This document shows, piece by piece, positions 51,240-61,720 of a DNA stretch of 64,000 nt. The notes under the pieces are model-generated. The model was not told where the DNA came from, did not search any database, and was given only the letters and a program-made list of their open reading frames with translations. Both the position numbers and the translations under genes were made by a program. This DNA is from an uncultured Cytophagales bacterium (lineage in GTDB: Bacteria; Bacteroidota; Bacteroidia; Cytophagales; Cyclobacteriaceae): assembly GCA_963719535.1 (NCBI GenBank), contig CAVRCH010000014.1:51914-115913 (forward strand), read 5' to 3'. Positions within the stretch are counted from its first letter, which is position 1, and the number at the start of each line of letters is the position of its first letter.

Positions 51240-52340
51240 CTAATTATTACCCAAATAATAGGCTCCTTCCAATACATAATTTTTATTAGCATCTATATCT
51301 GCTGGATTTATACCAAGATACTCACCATTTTCTGATGAAGCCTTCACTTTCATTTTTTGATAGTTACCTTTAGAAATCTCCTCGAAAATAAAGATTTCAT
51401 CCCCTTTTCTGATGCTGCCAACTTTAGGCATCAATAATAAGCTATCAGTTTGTATATAAACCTGAACCTCCAGTTGTGCACCTAAAGGAAGTTTTACTGT
51501 TTCAGGTAAATCCGCATGCGCCAAAACGCTATTTTCAGTCACCTTTTTATTGATAAAATGCAAAGTGCTTTCATGCCATTTGGTGCCCTCAGGAATTTTA
51601 AATATTACTCTCTGCCCTTCTTTTAGTTGGTCTACATCTTTAGGGAAAACATTAAACTCTAAATGCATCTCACCCAAATTTACCAGCTCAAACAAACTTT
51701 TATTGGGCTCCACCAACATTCCGTTACTGATATTAACTTCTGTAATTACACCGCTGAATGGCGCTCTTAAGCTTAAAATATTCTGTAAATTTCCCTTCTG
51801 CAAGGAGGCTATGTTTACCCCCAATTTTAATAACATACTTTTTTTGCTATCAACATTCACCTTTTCCTCGAAATACTTTGCTTCGGCTTCCTGCAAGCTT
51901 CTAATGGAAATGGATTGATTTTCTGCAAGACTTTTCTTCCTGTTATAATCAGCTTCCAGTTGCTTTAGTTTATTAACAGATGCCAGATAATTACTTTGTA
52001 AAGCAAGAATATCTGGATGGGAAAAGGTAGCCAGGCTCTGCCCTTTCGAAACCGTTTCACCCGGTAAAATCTTCGAGCCTTCTATAAAAGCGTGATGGAC
52101 TAAATGCAATTCAGCAATATCCTCGGGGGCAACGGCTAACTGACCAAATGTGGTGAGCGTTTTATCTAAAGGGGCTCTTTTAAGCCTTCCTACCTTCAGA
52201 TTTGTGTTTTTTAATTGACTATCTGATAAAGTAATTTCACTTTTGTTCGACTGGGGCTCTTCGGTAATAGCCTCTTCTTTGCCATTACAAGCTACAAAGG
52301 CTAATAAGAATGATGTAATTAATATATTGATGTTTTTCAT
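51240..52340 (-). CDS. RND efflux periplasmic adaptor (CzcB-like)
   Basis: lipobox FVAC; GETVSKGQ.L, LRAPFSGVI lipoyl-like motifs; overlaps the RND pump stop. Confidence 0.9.
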   Translation of the reverse strand: MKNINILITSFLLAFVACNGKEEAITEEPQSNKSEITLSDSQLKNTNLKVGRLKRAPLDKTLTTFGQLAVAPEDIAELHLVHHAFIEGSKILPGETVSKGQSLATFSHPDILALQSNYLASVNKLKQLEADYNRKKSLAENQSISIRSLQEAEAKYFEEKVNVDSKKSMLLKLGVNIASLQKGNLQNILSLRAPFSGVITEVNISNGMLVEPNKSLFELVNLGEMHLEFNVFPKDVDQLKEGQRVIFKIPEGTKWHESTLHFINKKVTENSVLAHADLPETVKLPLGAQLEVQVYIQTDSLLLMPKVGSIRKGDEIFIFEEISKGNYQKMKVKASSENGEYLGINPADIDANKNYVLEGAYYLGNN

Positions 52341-55300
52341 TTTTCTTGCGTTAAATATTGTAATTCAATTGAAATATTGGCGATCTCTTTTTGGAGTTCT
52401 AAATTGGTTTTTTGAATGTTATAAAGTGAGGTTAAGTTCTGCACAAACTCATAAAAATTCAGCTCTCCTACCTCCAGCGCTTCCGCCGATGATGATTGTA
52501 ATTCATCTAATTCTTCCATCATAGAGGTGCTTTTATCGATGAGCGAATTGTAGTTGATATAATCCTGTTTCGCACTGAACAGCCTTTGGTATCTTTCATT
52601 ATTTTCCCAATCTAAGGTCGATTCCTGAATCTCTTTCACGATTTTCAATTCTTCAATCTTTCCTTTCACACCATTATAAACAATAGGGATGCTAATCCCT
52701 ACCTGCAAACTTTGATAGCCGGTAACATTTTGCAAACTTTGGTTCACATAACCGATGTAGGCATTTGGGAAATACTGCGCCTTGCCCACATGAATGTTAG
52801 TCTCCGCTGCCAATAGCTGTTGTTTGTTCCTTTGCGTAAAAGCAGGATCTAATGTCAATGAATCCAATGAAGTTGTCCATTCATAGCGACTGTAGTCAGA
52901 TGCAGATTCAGGCAACTGATCACAAAAGCATAATTGTTTCAATGCTTGAATATTCTGGTTAAGTCTTTTCCTCCCCTGAATCAATTCATTTTCAATACTC
53001 ATCAATTGCCCCGATAAACTTAAGGTTTCCAGCCTGCCACGCTCTCCTTTTTCTACCATTTCATCAGCTTGCATCATGTTTTTCTGAAGTAGCTCAGCTT
53101 GTTCTCGCAGAAAAACCACTTGCTTCTTGCTAAAAACCCAATCATTCCAGGCTTTTCGAATATCCGTAGCAAGCTTCTTTTTTGCCAGATGATATTCTTG
53201 TTGTGCCAATTCAATATTTGCGCTAGCCACCTTCTGCCTTCTAAAATTTGCCGGAATGTTGCCAAAGGACTGCTGCACATTCCAACTATAATCAATTTCA
53301 GGTCCATCAATCTGACCTCTTTGATAACTGATATTGGTAGGTGGAATTTCGAATGCTTGCGTTTTAAAGTTTTCAGCTTGATCAATTCTTAATTTAGCAT
53401 TCTGGATTTGGGGATTTTGCTCCATCGCATCGTCAATCATCAGTACCAATGCTTCTGGTTCTAAAACCTGGTCCTGGGCACTCACTTTCTGATTGAACCC
53501 TAAGCCACTTAAAATCATTAGTACAACTACCGGAATCACTTTAGTGCCTGATTTTCCTTTATTTTTATTCATTAAATAATATAAAGAAGGCAATACCACC
53601 AATGTTAAAAAAGTAGCTGTTATCAAACCACCAATTACAACGGTTGCCAAAGGTTTTTGTACTTCCGCACCGCTGGAAGTGGAAAGTGCCATTGGCAGGA
53701 AGCCTAAAGAAGCCACCAAAGCCGTCATGATTACTGGTCTTAGTCGATCCGTACTCCCCGTTTTAATGAGTTGCAATAAATCCATATTTTTTTCTGATTT
53801 TAAATCATTTAAATGGCTGATCAAGACGATACCGTTCAATACTGCTACACCAAATAGTGCTATAAAGCCAACGCCTGCAGAAATACTGAAAGGCATATCC
53901 CTAATCCATAAAGCCAATACCCCACCAATAGCAGAAAGGGGCACTGCAGAGTAGATTAACAAGGCATATTTAACTTTTCCAAAAGCAAAATAAAGCAAGA
54001 TGAAAATTAACACCAGTGCTACAGGAACGGCAATGGCCAGTCTTTTACTTGCTTTTTCCAGCGTCTCAAATTGTCCACCATATTTAATGGAGTAGCCGGG
54101 TTCCATTTTCAATTGACTACCCAGATTTGCTTCTATTTCAGCCACAAGTCCTGCTATATCTCGGTCTCTCACGTTGGTGCCTACCACTACTCTTCTGCGG
54201 GTATCATCTCTTGAAATCTGCAAAGGACCTTCTTTATATTCCCATTTAGCAATCTCAGAGAGTGGAATAAGCTGCCCTGATCGACTTTTTATGGTTATTT
54301 TATCCAACTCAATAGCATTCCTGAAAGATTCTTTCAACCTCACTACCAATTCAAATTTTCGCTCCCCTTCAAATATGAACCCAGCATTTTCTCCTGCATA
54401 CGCAGCTCTGATTATACTATTCAATTCCTCTATAGAAACACCATATTGAGCCGCTTTTCTTCTGTTATAGGTGATCACCCATTGCGCCAATCCTTCGGTC
54501 TGCTCTACTTTTACATCCTCCGCCCCAGGCACTTCTTGTATAATAGCAGCTGCCTGATTACCATAATCAGCCAGTTTAGCTAAATCTTCACCGTATATTT
54601 TAACTGCTATATCGGATTTGGCACCCGTAATCAATTCATTAAATCTTAACTGAATGGGCTGGGTAAATTCAAAGACTGCAGTGGGAATCACTGATAATTT
54701 CTCTTTCATCTGTTCAATTAGTCCAAATCGATCTTCCGCAGTAGTCCATTCATCTTTAGCATTCAGAATAATCATGATATCAGCCAACTCAATGGACATT
54801 GGATCTGTAGGCACTTCTGCAGTGCCAATTTTAGAAACCACCGATTTAACTTCTGGAAAATTATCCAGCAGGATTTTCTCTGCTTTAGTACTAGTAGCTA
54901 TACTTTGTTCCAGCGATGAGCCGGGAGGTAATGTCATTTGCATGGCTAAATCACCTTCTTCTAATTGCGGAATAAATTCTGAGCCCATCCTACTAAAAAT
55001 AAAAAGTGCTACCGCTAATAAAATCACGGATAATGAAATGGTGACTTTAGGATTGCGCAAAGAGGTATTCAATACAGGTTTATAAACCTTCTTCAATTTA
55101 TTCATCACTTTATCAGCAAAAGTGACTCTATCCTTTATTTTTTTCTTCAGGAATAGCGCTGTCATCATGGGTACGTAGGTCATAGATAAAATCATAGCAC
55201 CTATAATTGCAAAACTCACGGTTTGTGCCATGGGTTTAAAAGTTTTTCCCTCTATTCCGGTGAGCGAGAGAATGGGTAAAAACACTACCAAAATAATTAA

Positions 55301-56656
55301 TACTCCAAAGGCTGCAGATTTATAAATTTTCTGAGAAGCATCAATTACCACCTCATCCATTTCCTTTTGGCTCAATTGCTTGCCTACATGTACCGTAAAT
55401 AAAATATGCAGAATACTCTCCACGATAATTACCGCTCCATCCACTACAATACCGAAATCAATAGCTCCCAGCGACATCAGATTGGCTGAAACATCGAAAA
55501 TATTCATCATGATGAAAGCAAAAAGCAAGGAGAGAGGTATAATAGAGGCCACGATTAATCCTGCTCTCAAATTACCTAAAAGCAGAATCAGCACTAAAAT
55601 TACTATGACACCACCTTCCAATAAATTGGTTTTAACTGTATCAATTGCTCTACCTACCAAGTCCGACCTATCCAAATACGGCTTGATTTTCACTCCATCT
55701 GGTAAGGATTTTTGTACTTCTGCCACTCTTTCATTTACCAATTCCAAAGTTTCGGATGAATTAGCTCCTTTCAACATTAAAGTGATGCCACCTACAGCTT
55801 CTCCTTTTCCGTCTTTGGTCATAGCTCCAAATCTTTTGGCATTACCGAATTGCACCATGCCAATATCTTTTATTAAAACAGGTGCTTTTCCATCAGGCTT
55901 CAATAATGTGTTTCGAATGTCGTCCAGGTCTATCATCATACCTTCAGTCCGGACGTAGTAAGCATTCTGATTTTTCTCGATATAGCTGCCACCTGAATTT
56001 TCATTATTGGCATTTAAGGCTTCAATGATTTCCTGAAAGCTCACTTGGTGCTGTGCCATTAAAGTTGGATCAACTGCTACTTCGTATTGTTTTAAATAGC
56101 CACCAAAAGAGCTGACTTCCACTATTCCCTTGATACCTGAAAGCTGCCTTTTCACTATCCAATCCTGAATGGTTCGCAGCTCCATGGTAGAAAATTCTGC
56201 TCGATGCTCCTCCTCCACCTCTAAGGTGTATTGATAGATTTCACCCAAACCCGTGGTGATAGGCATCAATTCAGGAGCGCCCAATTTTGAAGGTATTTCT
56301 CCGCTTATAATATTAATTTGCTCCTGAACATATTGCCGGGTTTCTAAAACAGGCACGTTCTCTTCAAAAACAATAGTGACTACCGAAAGCCCATATTTTG
56401 ATATAGAGCGAATTTCCTCCACCTTAGGAATATTTGCCATGGAAATTTCAATTGGGTAGGTCAGAAATTGCTCCACTTCCTGTGCGGACAATGAAGGACT
56501 TACCGTAACTACCTGTACTTGATTATTGGTGATGTCAGGAACCGCATTAACGGATAGCTGACTCATTGAATATATACCGCCCCCAATTAAGGCGATTACT
56601 CCAAAGAACACAATTAGCTTGTTCTTTATGGAGAAAGAAATAATTTTTTGAAACAT
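52337..56656 (-). CDS. CusA/CzcA family heavy-metal RND pump fused to a TolC-like domain
   Basis: AVPDITNNQVQV, GAIDFGIVVDGAV, RLRPVIMTA; extra ~400-aa C-terminal outer-membrane-factor-like domain. Confidence 0.95.
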   Translation of the reverse strand: MFQKIISFSIKNKLIVFFGVIALIGGGIYSMSQLSVNAVPDITNNQVQVVTVSPSLSAQEVEQFLTYPIEISMANIPKVEEIRSISKYGLSVVTIVFEENVPVLETRQYVQEQINIISGEIPSKLGAPELMPITTGLGEIYQYTLEVEEEHRAEFSTMELRTIQDWIVKRQLSGIKGIVEVSSFGGYLKQYEVAVDPTLMAQHQVSFQEIIEALNANNENSGGSYIEKNQNAYYVRTEGMMIDLDDIRNTLLKPDGKAPVLIKDIGMVQFGNAKRFGAMTKDGKGEAVGGITLMLKGANSSETLELVNERVAEVQKSLPDGVKIKPYLDRSDLVGRAIDTVKTNLLEGGVIVILVLILLLGNLRAGLIVASIIPLSLLFAFIMMNIFDVSANLMSLGAIDFGIVVDGAVIIVESILHILFTVHVGKQLSQKEMDEVVIDASQKIYKSAAFGVLIILVVFLPILSLTGIEGKTFKPMAQTVSFAIIGAMILSMTYVPMMTALFLKKKIKDRVTFADKVMNKLKKVYKPVLNTSLRNPKVTISLSVILLAVALFIFSRMGSEFIPQLEEGDLAMQMTLPPGSSLEQSIATSTKAEKILLDNFPEVKSVVSKIGTAEVPTDPMSIELADIMIILNAKDEWTTAEDRFGLIEQMKEKLSVIPTAVFEFTQPIQLRFNELITGAKSDIAVKIYGEDLAKLADYGNQAAAIIQEVPGAEDVKVEQTEGLAQWVITYNRRKAAQYGVSIEELNSIIRAAYAGENAGFIFEGERKFELVVRLKESFRNAIELDKITIKSRSGQLIPLSEIAKWEYKEGPLQISRDDTRRRVVVGTNVRDRDIAGLVAEIEANLGSQLKMEPGYSIKYGGQFETLEKASKRLAIAVPVALVLIFILLYFAFGKVKYALLIYSAVPLSAIGGVLALWIRDMPFSISAGVGFIALFGVAVLNGIVLISHLNDLKSEKNMDLLQLIKTGSTDRLRPVIMTALVASLGFLPMALSTSSGAEVQKPLATVVIGGLITATFLTLVVLPSLYYLMNKNKGKSGTKVIPVVVLMILSGLGFNQKVSAQDQVLEPEALVLMIDDAMEQNPQIQNAKLRIDQAENFKTQAFEIPPTNISYQRGQIDGPEIDYSWNVQQSFGNIPANFRRQKVASANIELAQQEYHLAKKKLATDIRKAWNDWVFSKKQVVFLREQAELLQKNMMQADEMVEKGERGRLETLSLSGQLMSIENELIQGRKRLNQNIQALKQLCFCDQLPESASDYSRYEWTTSLDSLTLDPAFTQRNKQQLLAAETNIHVGKAQYFPNAYIGYVNQSLQNVTGYQSLQVGISIPIVYNGVKGKIEELKIVKEIQESTLDWENNERYQRLFSAKQDYINYNSLIDKSTSMMEELDELQSSSAEALEVGELNFYEFVQNLTSLYNIQKTNLELQKEIANISIELQYLTQEK

Positions 56657-56702
56657 GAAAATGTTAATTACTTAAGAATTTGATAAATATTGAATCGATT
56701 TC

Positions 56703-57101
56703 TTAAGCCAATATGGGAGGACCTCTGTAATTAAATGAATTAACAAACTGAATGGAAACAGAATTACTATTTTGAGGATGAATAGTTTCTGTGTATACTT
56801 TAATAAAGGATAAATTTAGCTTTAAAACAGGAATTATAAAGACCTGATTAATTTGTGAATTATCTATTCCCTTGTTTTCAGCGACTAATGATTTACTTTT
56901 CTGAAAATTTTCAAGATGATTAGCTCCCAGGTTGATATGAAAACCCACCTTCAGTAAGTCGATAGGCGACTTAACTGGCTCATTTTTTAGAATTTCCTGA
57001 AGGTTGAATTGATCAGGGCTATGATGATGAGGCACAAAGCTATGCAACAGTAAGATAGCTACTGATAAACTAATGAATGCTATGCCGAAAATTCTTTTCA
57101 C
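56703..57101 (-). CDS. His-rich small protein leading the metal-efflux operon
   Basis: LLLHSFVPHHHS and C-terminal RGPP motif. Confidence 0.75.
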   Translation of the reverse strand: MKRIFGIAFISLSVAILLLHSFVPHHHSPDQFNLQEILKNEPVKSPIDLLKVGFHINLGANHLENFQKSKSLVAENKGIDNSQINQVFIIPVLKLNLSFIKVYTETIHPQNSNSVSIQFVNSFNYRGPPILA

Positions 57102-57106
57102 TAATG

Positions 57107-57150
57107 CAAAGATAAGAAGAAAAAACTATTAGATGAGTAACTATAGTTAC
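57107..57150 (-). promoter_or_regulatory. GTAAC-N4-GTTAC operator plus -7 element (near-leaderless transcript)
   Basis: perfect palindrome GTAACTATAGTTAC (57137-57150), 22 bp, TATCTTTG on minus (57107-57114), 5 bp before the GTG start. Confidence 0.78.
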
Positions 57151-57311
57151 AAGTGCATAAAAAGCTCCATTCAAGCGTCTACAGTTAATTAGGGCCTGCT
57201 TAAAAACAAAGGAGTAAATAAAATGAACAGTATATCACTTTTGAAAATGATTATTAAGTGTTAGTTTTCCAGCAGGTGTAAGGTTTTTTAGTGTATAGGT
57301 CCGTAATTTTT

Positions 57312-57343
57312 GCACCAAAAAACCAAAATTGATTTTTTGGTGC
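57312..57343 (-). terminator. hairpin after the glycosyltransferase gene
   Basis: GCACCAAAAAA...TTTTTTGGTGC stem. Confidence 0.5.
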
Positions 57344-57355
57344 CTTAGCCTCAAG

Positions 57356-58954
57356 CTACTCAATTAAACCTTCTCTCACCCTACACACAAAAACAGTATC
57401 AATAGGCTGTGTGGATAAATTCCAGGCGGGTTTATCTGCAAAGGTATTGTACATGCTTGCAAAATGCTTTCCGGAAAAGAAAGTGAGCAAATTGGGCTCC
57501 TCCGTATAATAATTGAGGGTGTCTAGCTTAAAATTTCGGTTTAATCTTTGTTGAGATATCTTTTGGGGAATAATAATGATGTCTCCTTTTTCAATATCGG
57601 TTTCGGTAGTAGTAGCATAAATTTCCCAACCATTTTTAAGGGAGTACCATTGCCATCCCCAATGACCTACTGACCAAATAGTTTGTTCTTTGTGCTGAGA
57701 AATTTCAATTTCTTCAGAGGCATTTCTATAAAAATCAGCATATACCCAATCTGAGATGCTAAGCAATAAACCTAATACAACAGTAACTGCAACTGTTAAT
57801 CGGTTGATCCATCCAGGAGTTCTATTAAAATGCTGGTGGCCCAACAAAAGGAGAAAAGGGATCAAAAGCAAAATATGTCTGGTAGCATGAACAGGAGCAA
57901 ATAATAAGATAAATGCTACCATACCAAGTAAATAAAGTGCAATTGTAAACTCCTGAGATTTGAGGTAAAGTAGTTTATCTTTATTAAGCTTTTCCACTAC
58001 TTGCTTAAGCACCAAAATGGTAAATGTAAACCCGACTGCCATAAAAGTATAGTTCAGCAAAGCGCTAAATTTTAATTCGGGAATGATCTCTACATAAACC
58101 AAAGGCACTGCCGCTACAAAAAGAGAAAACACTCCAAAAATCAAGTAAAGAGTGATTTTTCTGGGAAAATTAGCATATACAAAGACAATAACAAATGTTG
58201 ACATTGCGCCCAAAGTGCCCATAAATCCTTTAATTTTATACCAATCTACCCCTGCATTTCCTCTACCGGCAATATGTGCCTCTCCAAAGGATAGGAGATT
58301 CCAAAGCGACCAAAATAGTAGTATGGCTATCGGAATAAATATAACCCAAGCTCTTTTATAGTTACCTGAAAGCATTATTGCTATAAAAATAACCACCACC
58401 AGAGGAAGTAGTGTGTATTTAATCAACAGCCCTATACTTATAATGAGTGCGGCTGCTACATAATGGCTACTTTTGTTAGTCTTAAGTGCTTTTAAGAGGT
58501 AAAACATAACAGATAAGGCAATAGCCACTAAGGGAACATCCGTCATAAGGTTTTGATTGACTACCAAGGCTGGGCAGAAAGCAAAAATCGTAAGCAGTAT
58601 TTTGGGTTTTTTAGTTTTTAATAGTTGGGAAATGCGATGAAAATAATAGAGGGCCAAAAAACAAAAGACAGCTGTTAATAGATGCAGAAAGACTTCATGC
58701 GCTCCAAAAACAGCCATAAAAAGTGCTATGAAGTAAAATAAAAGAGGGGGTTGATTCCCTTCATAAATGGGTGCCGGAAAATCTCCCCAATTGATATTAG
58801 CCAACATGGGCTTGGTGGGGTTTTCAACTATCCATGTGGCCGCCTCCAAATGAAAGGCATCGTCCATATGAAAAGGCTTATTGATATTGATGGCTGTAAG
58901 GATCAACCATAAAAATATTATAAAGCTGATATTTGAGTTTTTCTTAGCTTCCAT
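57356..58954 (-). CDS. GT-C fold glycosyltransferase (ArnT/GT39-like)
   Basis: PFHMDDAFH, NQPPLLFY, NLMTDVP, LLIKY; many TM helices. Confidence 0.8.
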   Translation of the reverse strand: MEAKKNSNISFIIFLWLILTAININKPFHMDDAFHLEAATWIVENPTKPMLANINWGDFPAPIYEGNQPPLLFYFIALFMAVFGAHEVFLHLLTAVFCFLALYYFHRISQLLKTKKPKILLTIFAFCPALVVNQNLMTDVPLVAIALSVMFYLLKALKTNKSSHYVAAALIISIGLLIKYTLLPLVVVIFIAIMLSGNYKRAWVIFIPIAILLFWSLWNLLSFGEAHIAGRGNAGVDWYKIKGFMGTLGAMSTFVIVFVYANFPRKITLYLIFGVFSLFVAAVPLVYVEIIPELKFSALLNYTFMAVGFTFTILVLKQVVEKLNKDKLLYLKSQEFTIALYLLGMVAFILLFAPVHATRHILLLIPFLLLLGHQHFNRTPGWINRLTVAVTVVLGLLLSISDWVYADFYRNASEEIEISQHKEQTIWSVGHWGWQWYSLKNGWEIYATTTETDIEKGDIIIIPQKISQQRLNRNFKLDTLNYYTEEPNLLTFFSGKHFASMYNTFADKPAWNLSTQPIDTVFVCRVREGLIE

Positions 58955-59004
58955 TGTACGATGAACTACTGCAAGGTATTAAAGAAGCTGAATTATATAC
59001 CTAA

Positions 59005-59040
59005 AAAGACTTCCGGAATTTAAAAATCCTGGAAGTCTTT
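59005..59040 (-). terminator. hairpin/terminator
   Basis: AAAGACTTCC...GGAAGTCTTT stem. Confidence 0.65.
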
Positions 59041-59060
59041 ACTCATTACCAACATCATTT

Positions 59061-60672
59061 TTACAATAAGGCTAATTCATTTTGGGGAGTATAAAATTGG
59101 TCTAAAATATTCTGCACCTTAAGCGCTTCCTCCTCTTTACCCAAGCTTTTAAGCGCAATCAATTTACCTTTGAGCGATTTCGCTCGATTTGTTCTGCCTT
59201 CTAGGCATTGGTTAAATTGTGCTAACGCCTCTTCAGGTCTGTTTTGCGCCAGGAGCCAATCCCCATATTGTTCATAAGAAGGGTAAGCTATAAATGGAGG
59301 ACCTGAATCATATCCACACTCACTTTCCAGAGCTGTTGCAGCCTTCATGTGTTGTTCTGCCAGGGCCTCATTCTTATCGAACATGGCCAACATGGCCTTC
59401 ATTTGGTAAATTACTACTTCAGTTCGTTTTAAGCCTGTTTGGGTAGGAGCGTAACGAGTAGGCCCGGCACTACATGAGGCAACGCCATTGTCGGAAATCA
59501 CCAATTCTGCAGATGCTGCATGGGTTCCCAAAGCATTAATGTTTTCAATAATCCCTGCCTCTGTCCCTGCTATCGAAGCTGAGACCGGCTTTGAAGAAAT
59601 GCATAGCCGCCTTTTCTGACAGACCTAAATTATTATAATTAACATCAATGGGGTTTAAACTAGCTGGCCACTCTCCTGTTTCTATCCTTTGCTGGTTTTG
59701 CATGGTAATCAGGTAGGAATCTGAATGGGTGGAGTCCTGATAGTAACTCATCATCTCAGTGAGTAAATCGGTGGCTTCCTCCAACTGTCCTTGCTGTAAA
59801 TAACTATAATGTAACCAAGCCATGGAATGGTAGCCTCTGCTTTTACCATCTAATGCTTTTCTTTCCATCCTGCCAAGACTGGCTTGGTAAGATTCTACAT
59901 TAGAAGCAACCGATTCATTCCACATACCCAAAGCCACATAAATATGAGAAGGCATATGTAACGCATGCGCAGCGGCAGGTGCTACTTTTGCATACTTGTT
60001 GGCTGCCTCAATGGCCACTTCAGCATTTTCAGGATTATCGTTGGCATGTATTTTATAATGCAAGGCACCGGGATGCGTGGGATTTACTTCAAGAATCTCC
60101 GATGCTATATCAGATGATCTTTTTAAATACGCTTCATTTTTATAATCTGCCCACATTAGGCCCAGCGATAGGAAAGCAGCTATTTCCTGATTTGCCGGAT
60201 GTTTTTTATAAACTGCTTCCAGGTGGTCCACATATTTTTGGTTACGTTCCTTCAGCTCTCCTTCTCCGTACAAAATTTCAACACCCTCCCAAAAAGCCTT
60301 CTTGATAGGGTCATCTATTTTAGTTAATCTTTCTTCCCTGCTGTTCCCAAACTCAGCCATCACCTTTCTACCTTCTTCTATATCTTGTAAACCCCACAGT
60401 GCTCTGTAGTGCGACATGGCCAAACCCCAGTAGCTCATTACTTCAGTAGGGTCTGCCTGCTGCGCGGCTCTGAATTCTTCTCGCGCGTCCTCATATTCAA
60501 AACTATGGAGCAATAAAAAGCCTTTATCAAAGGCTGTTTGGGCTTCGGTTGATAAGGCAAAGGCATAGCCCATATCACCGAGCTCAGAATTGGTATCTTC
60601 TACTGTTTTTTCAGATTGGGTGCATGCTGAAAACAAAAATAAGAGGAATGCGAAAGGGAATAATTGCTTCAT
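59061..60672 (-). pseudogene. TPR-repeat lipoprotein split by a frameshift near 59560
   Basis: LLLHSFEY, HPGALHY.IH, HALHMPSHIY in 59545-60672; the frame of 59061-59531 stays open upstream (EAGIIENINALGTH) across the junction. Confidence 0.75.
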
Positions 60673-60740
60673 GGTTAGTAGCGTTTAGTTAGATAAATAT
60701 ACTAAATTAATTATAAATAATTACTTGTAGGCATTGTAAA

Positions 60741-61715
60741 TCAGTGAGATATCATGGAATTATTTGCTTTTGCAGATACTTCTTGCTCTTTTAAGTTCTC
60801 ACTTTTGTTTGAGCCTGCCAATATCGTGCTGTTTAATTTACTGATAATGCTATCAGCATAAAATATAGGTCCCATCATGTGCGGTTTATCAATTTCATAA
60901 AATGTCTTTGGCTGATTGGCTGCTCTGAAAAGTTTCTGCCCCTGCTTAAAAGGGATGGTTTTATCTTCTGTACTATGAATGACCAATACTGGCTTGCTCA
61001 ACTTTTTGATGGATTCCACTGCGCTGTATTTCTCCGCTACAAAAATCCGACCCAAGATCGATGCCCTGTGAGCAGCAATGTCTTTGTGGGAAGAAAATGC
61101 ACCTTCTACCACCAATGCGTCTACTTGTTCCTGAAACTCGCTGGCAATAACTGGAGCCAAATGACCGCCCAGCGACTGGCCATAGATGATCAACTGCCGG
61201 TTTGAATTTTGTTCTCTTTCATGAATGAATTGAAAAGCTGCACGCCCATCTTTTAAAACATTGCTTCTGGTGGCTTCTCCTTCAGAGAAACCAAAGCCGC
61301 TATAATCGAAAATGAACACTTGAAATCCCCGCTTCACAAAAGGCAAAGCAAGTTCATACTGTCCGAATAGGTTTCCTGCATTACCATGGAAGAATAAAAT
61401 GGTCCGGCCATTATCGCTCGCTTTCGGAGAAATGACCCAGCCATTTAATGGAGTTTTATCTATGTTTTCAAAAACAACACTTTCAATTTTATAAGGAAGA
61501 TTAGCAGGCCCGTTTCTCAGCGTGACAAAAGTAGGCTGATAATTCTCACTAATATTGATGACGAGCGTATCTCCTGTTTCTTTATCAATCCTGATGGTCT
61601 GATTGGCAAGGTTTGGGATTTTGGTAGGTTGCAGATACATTTTATTGAAGCTGCAAGAGCATATCATGAGACTTCCGCAGAGCAAGATGCTTGTTGTCCA
61701 TTTGGTTATTTTCAT
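60741..61715 (-). CDS. alpha/beta hydrolase
   Basis: FFHGNAGN, DYSGFG, GQSLGG, HSTED; likely start MKITK. Confidence 0.9.
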   Translation of the reverse strand: MKITKWTTSILLCGSLMICSCSFNKMYLQPTKIPNLANQTIRIDKETGDTLVINISENYQPTFVTLRNGPANLPYKIESVVFENIDKTPLNGWVISPKASDNGRTILFFHGNAGNLFGQYELALPFVKRGFQVFIFDYSGFGFSEGEATRSNVLKDGRAAFQFIHEREQNSNRQLIIYGQSLGGHLAPVIASEFQEQVDALVVEGAFSSHKDIAAHRASILGRIFVAEKYSAVESIKKLSKPVLVIHSTEDKTIPFKQGQKLFRAANQPKTFYEIDKPHMMGPIFYADSIISKLNSTILAGSNKSENLKEQEVSAKANNSMISH

Positions 61716-61720
61716 TTCTA

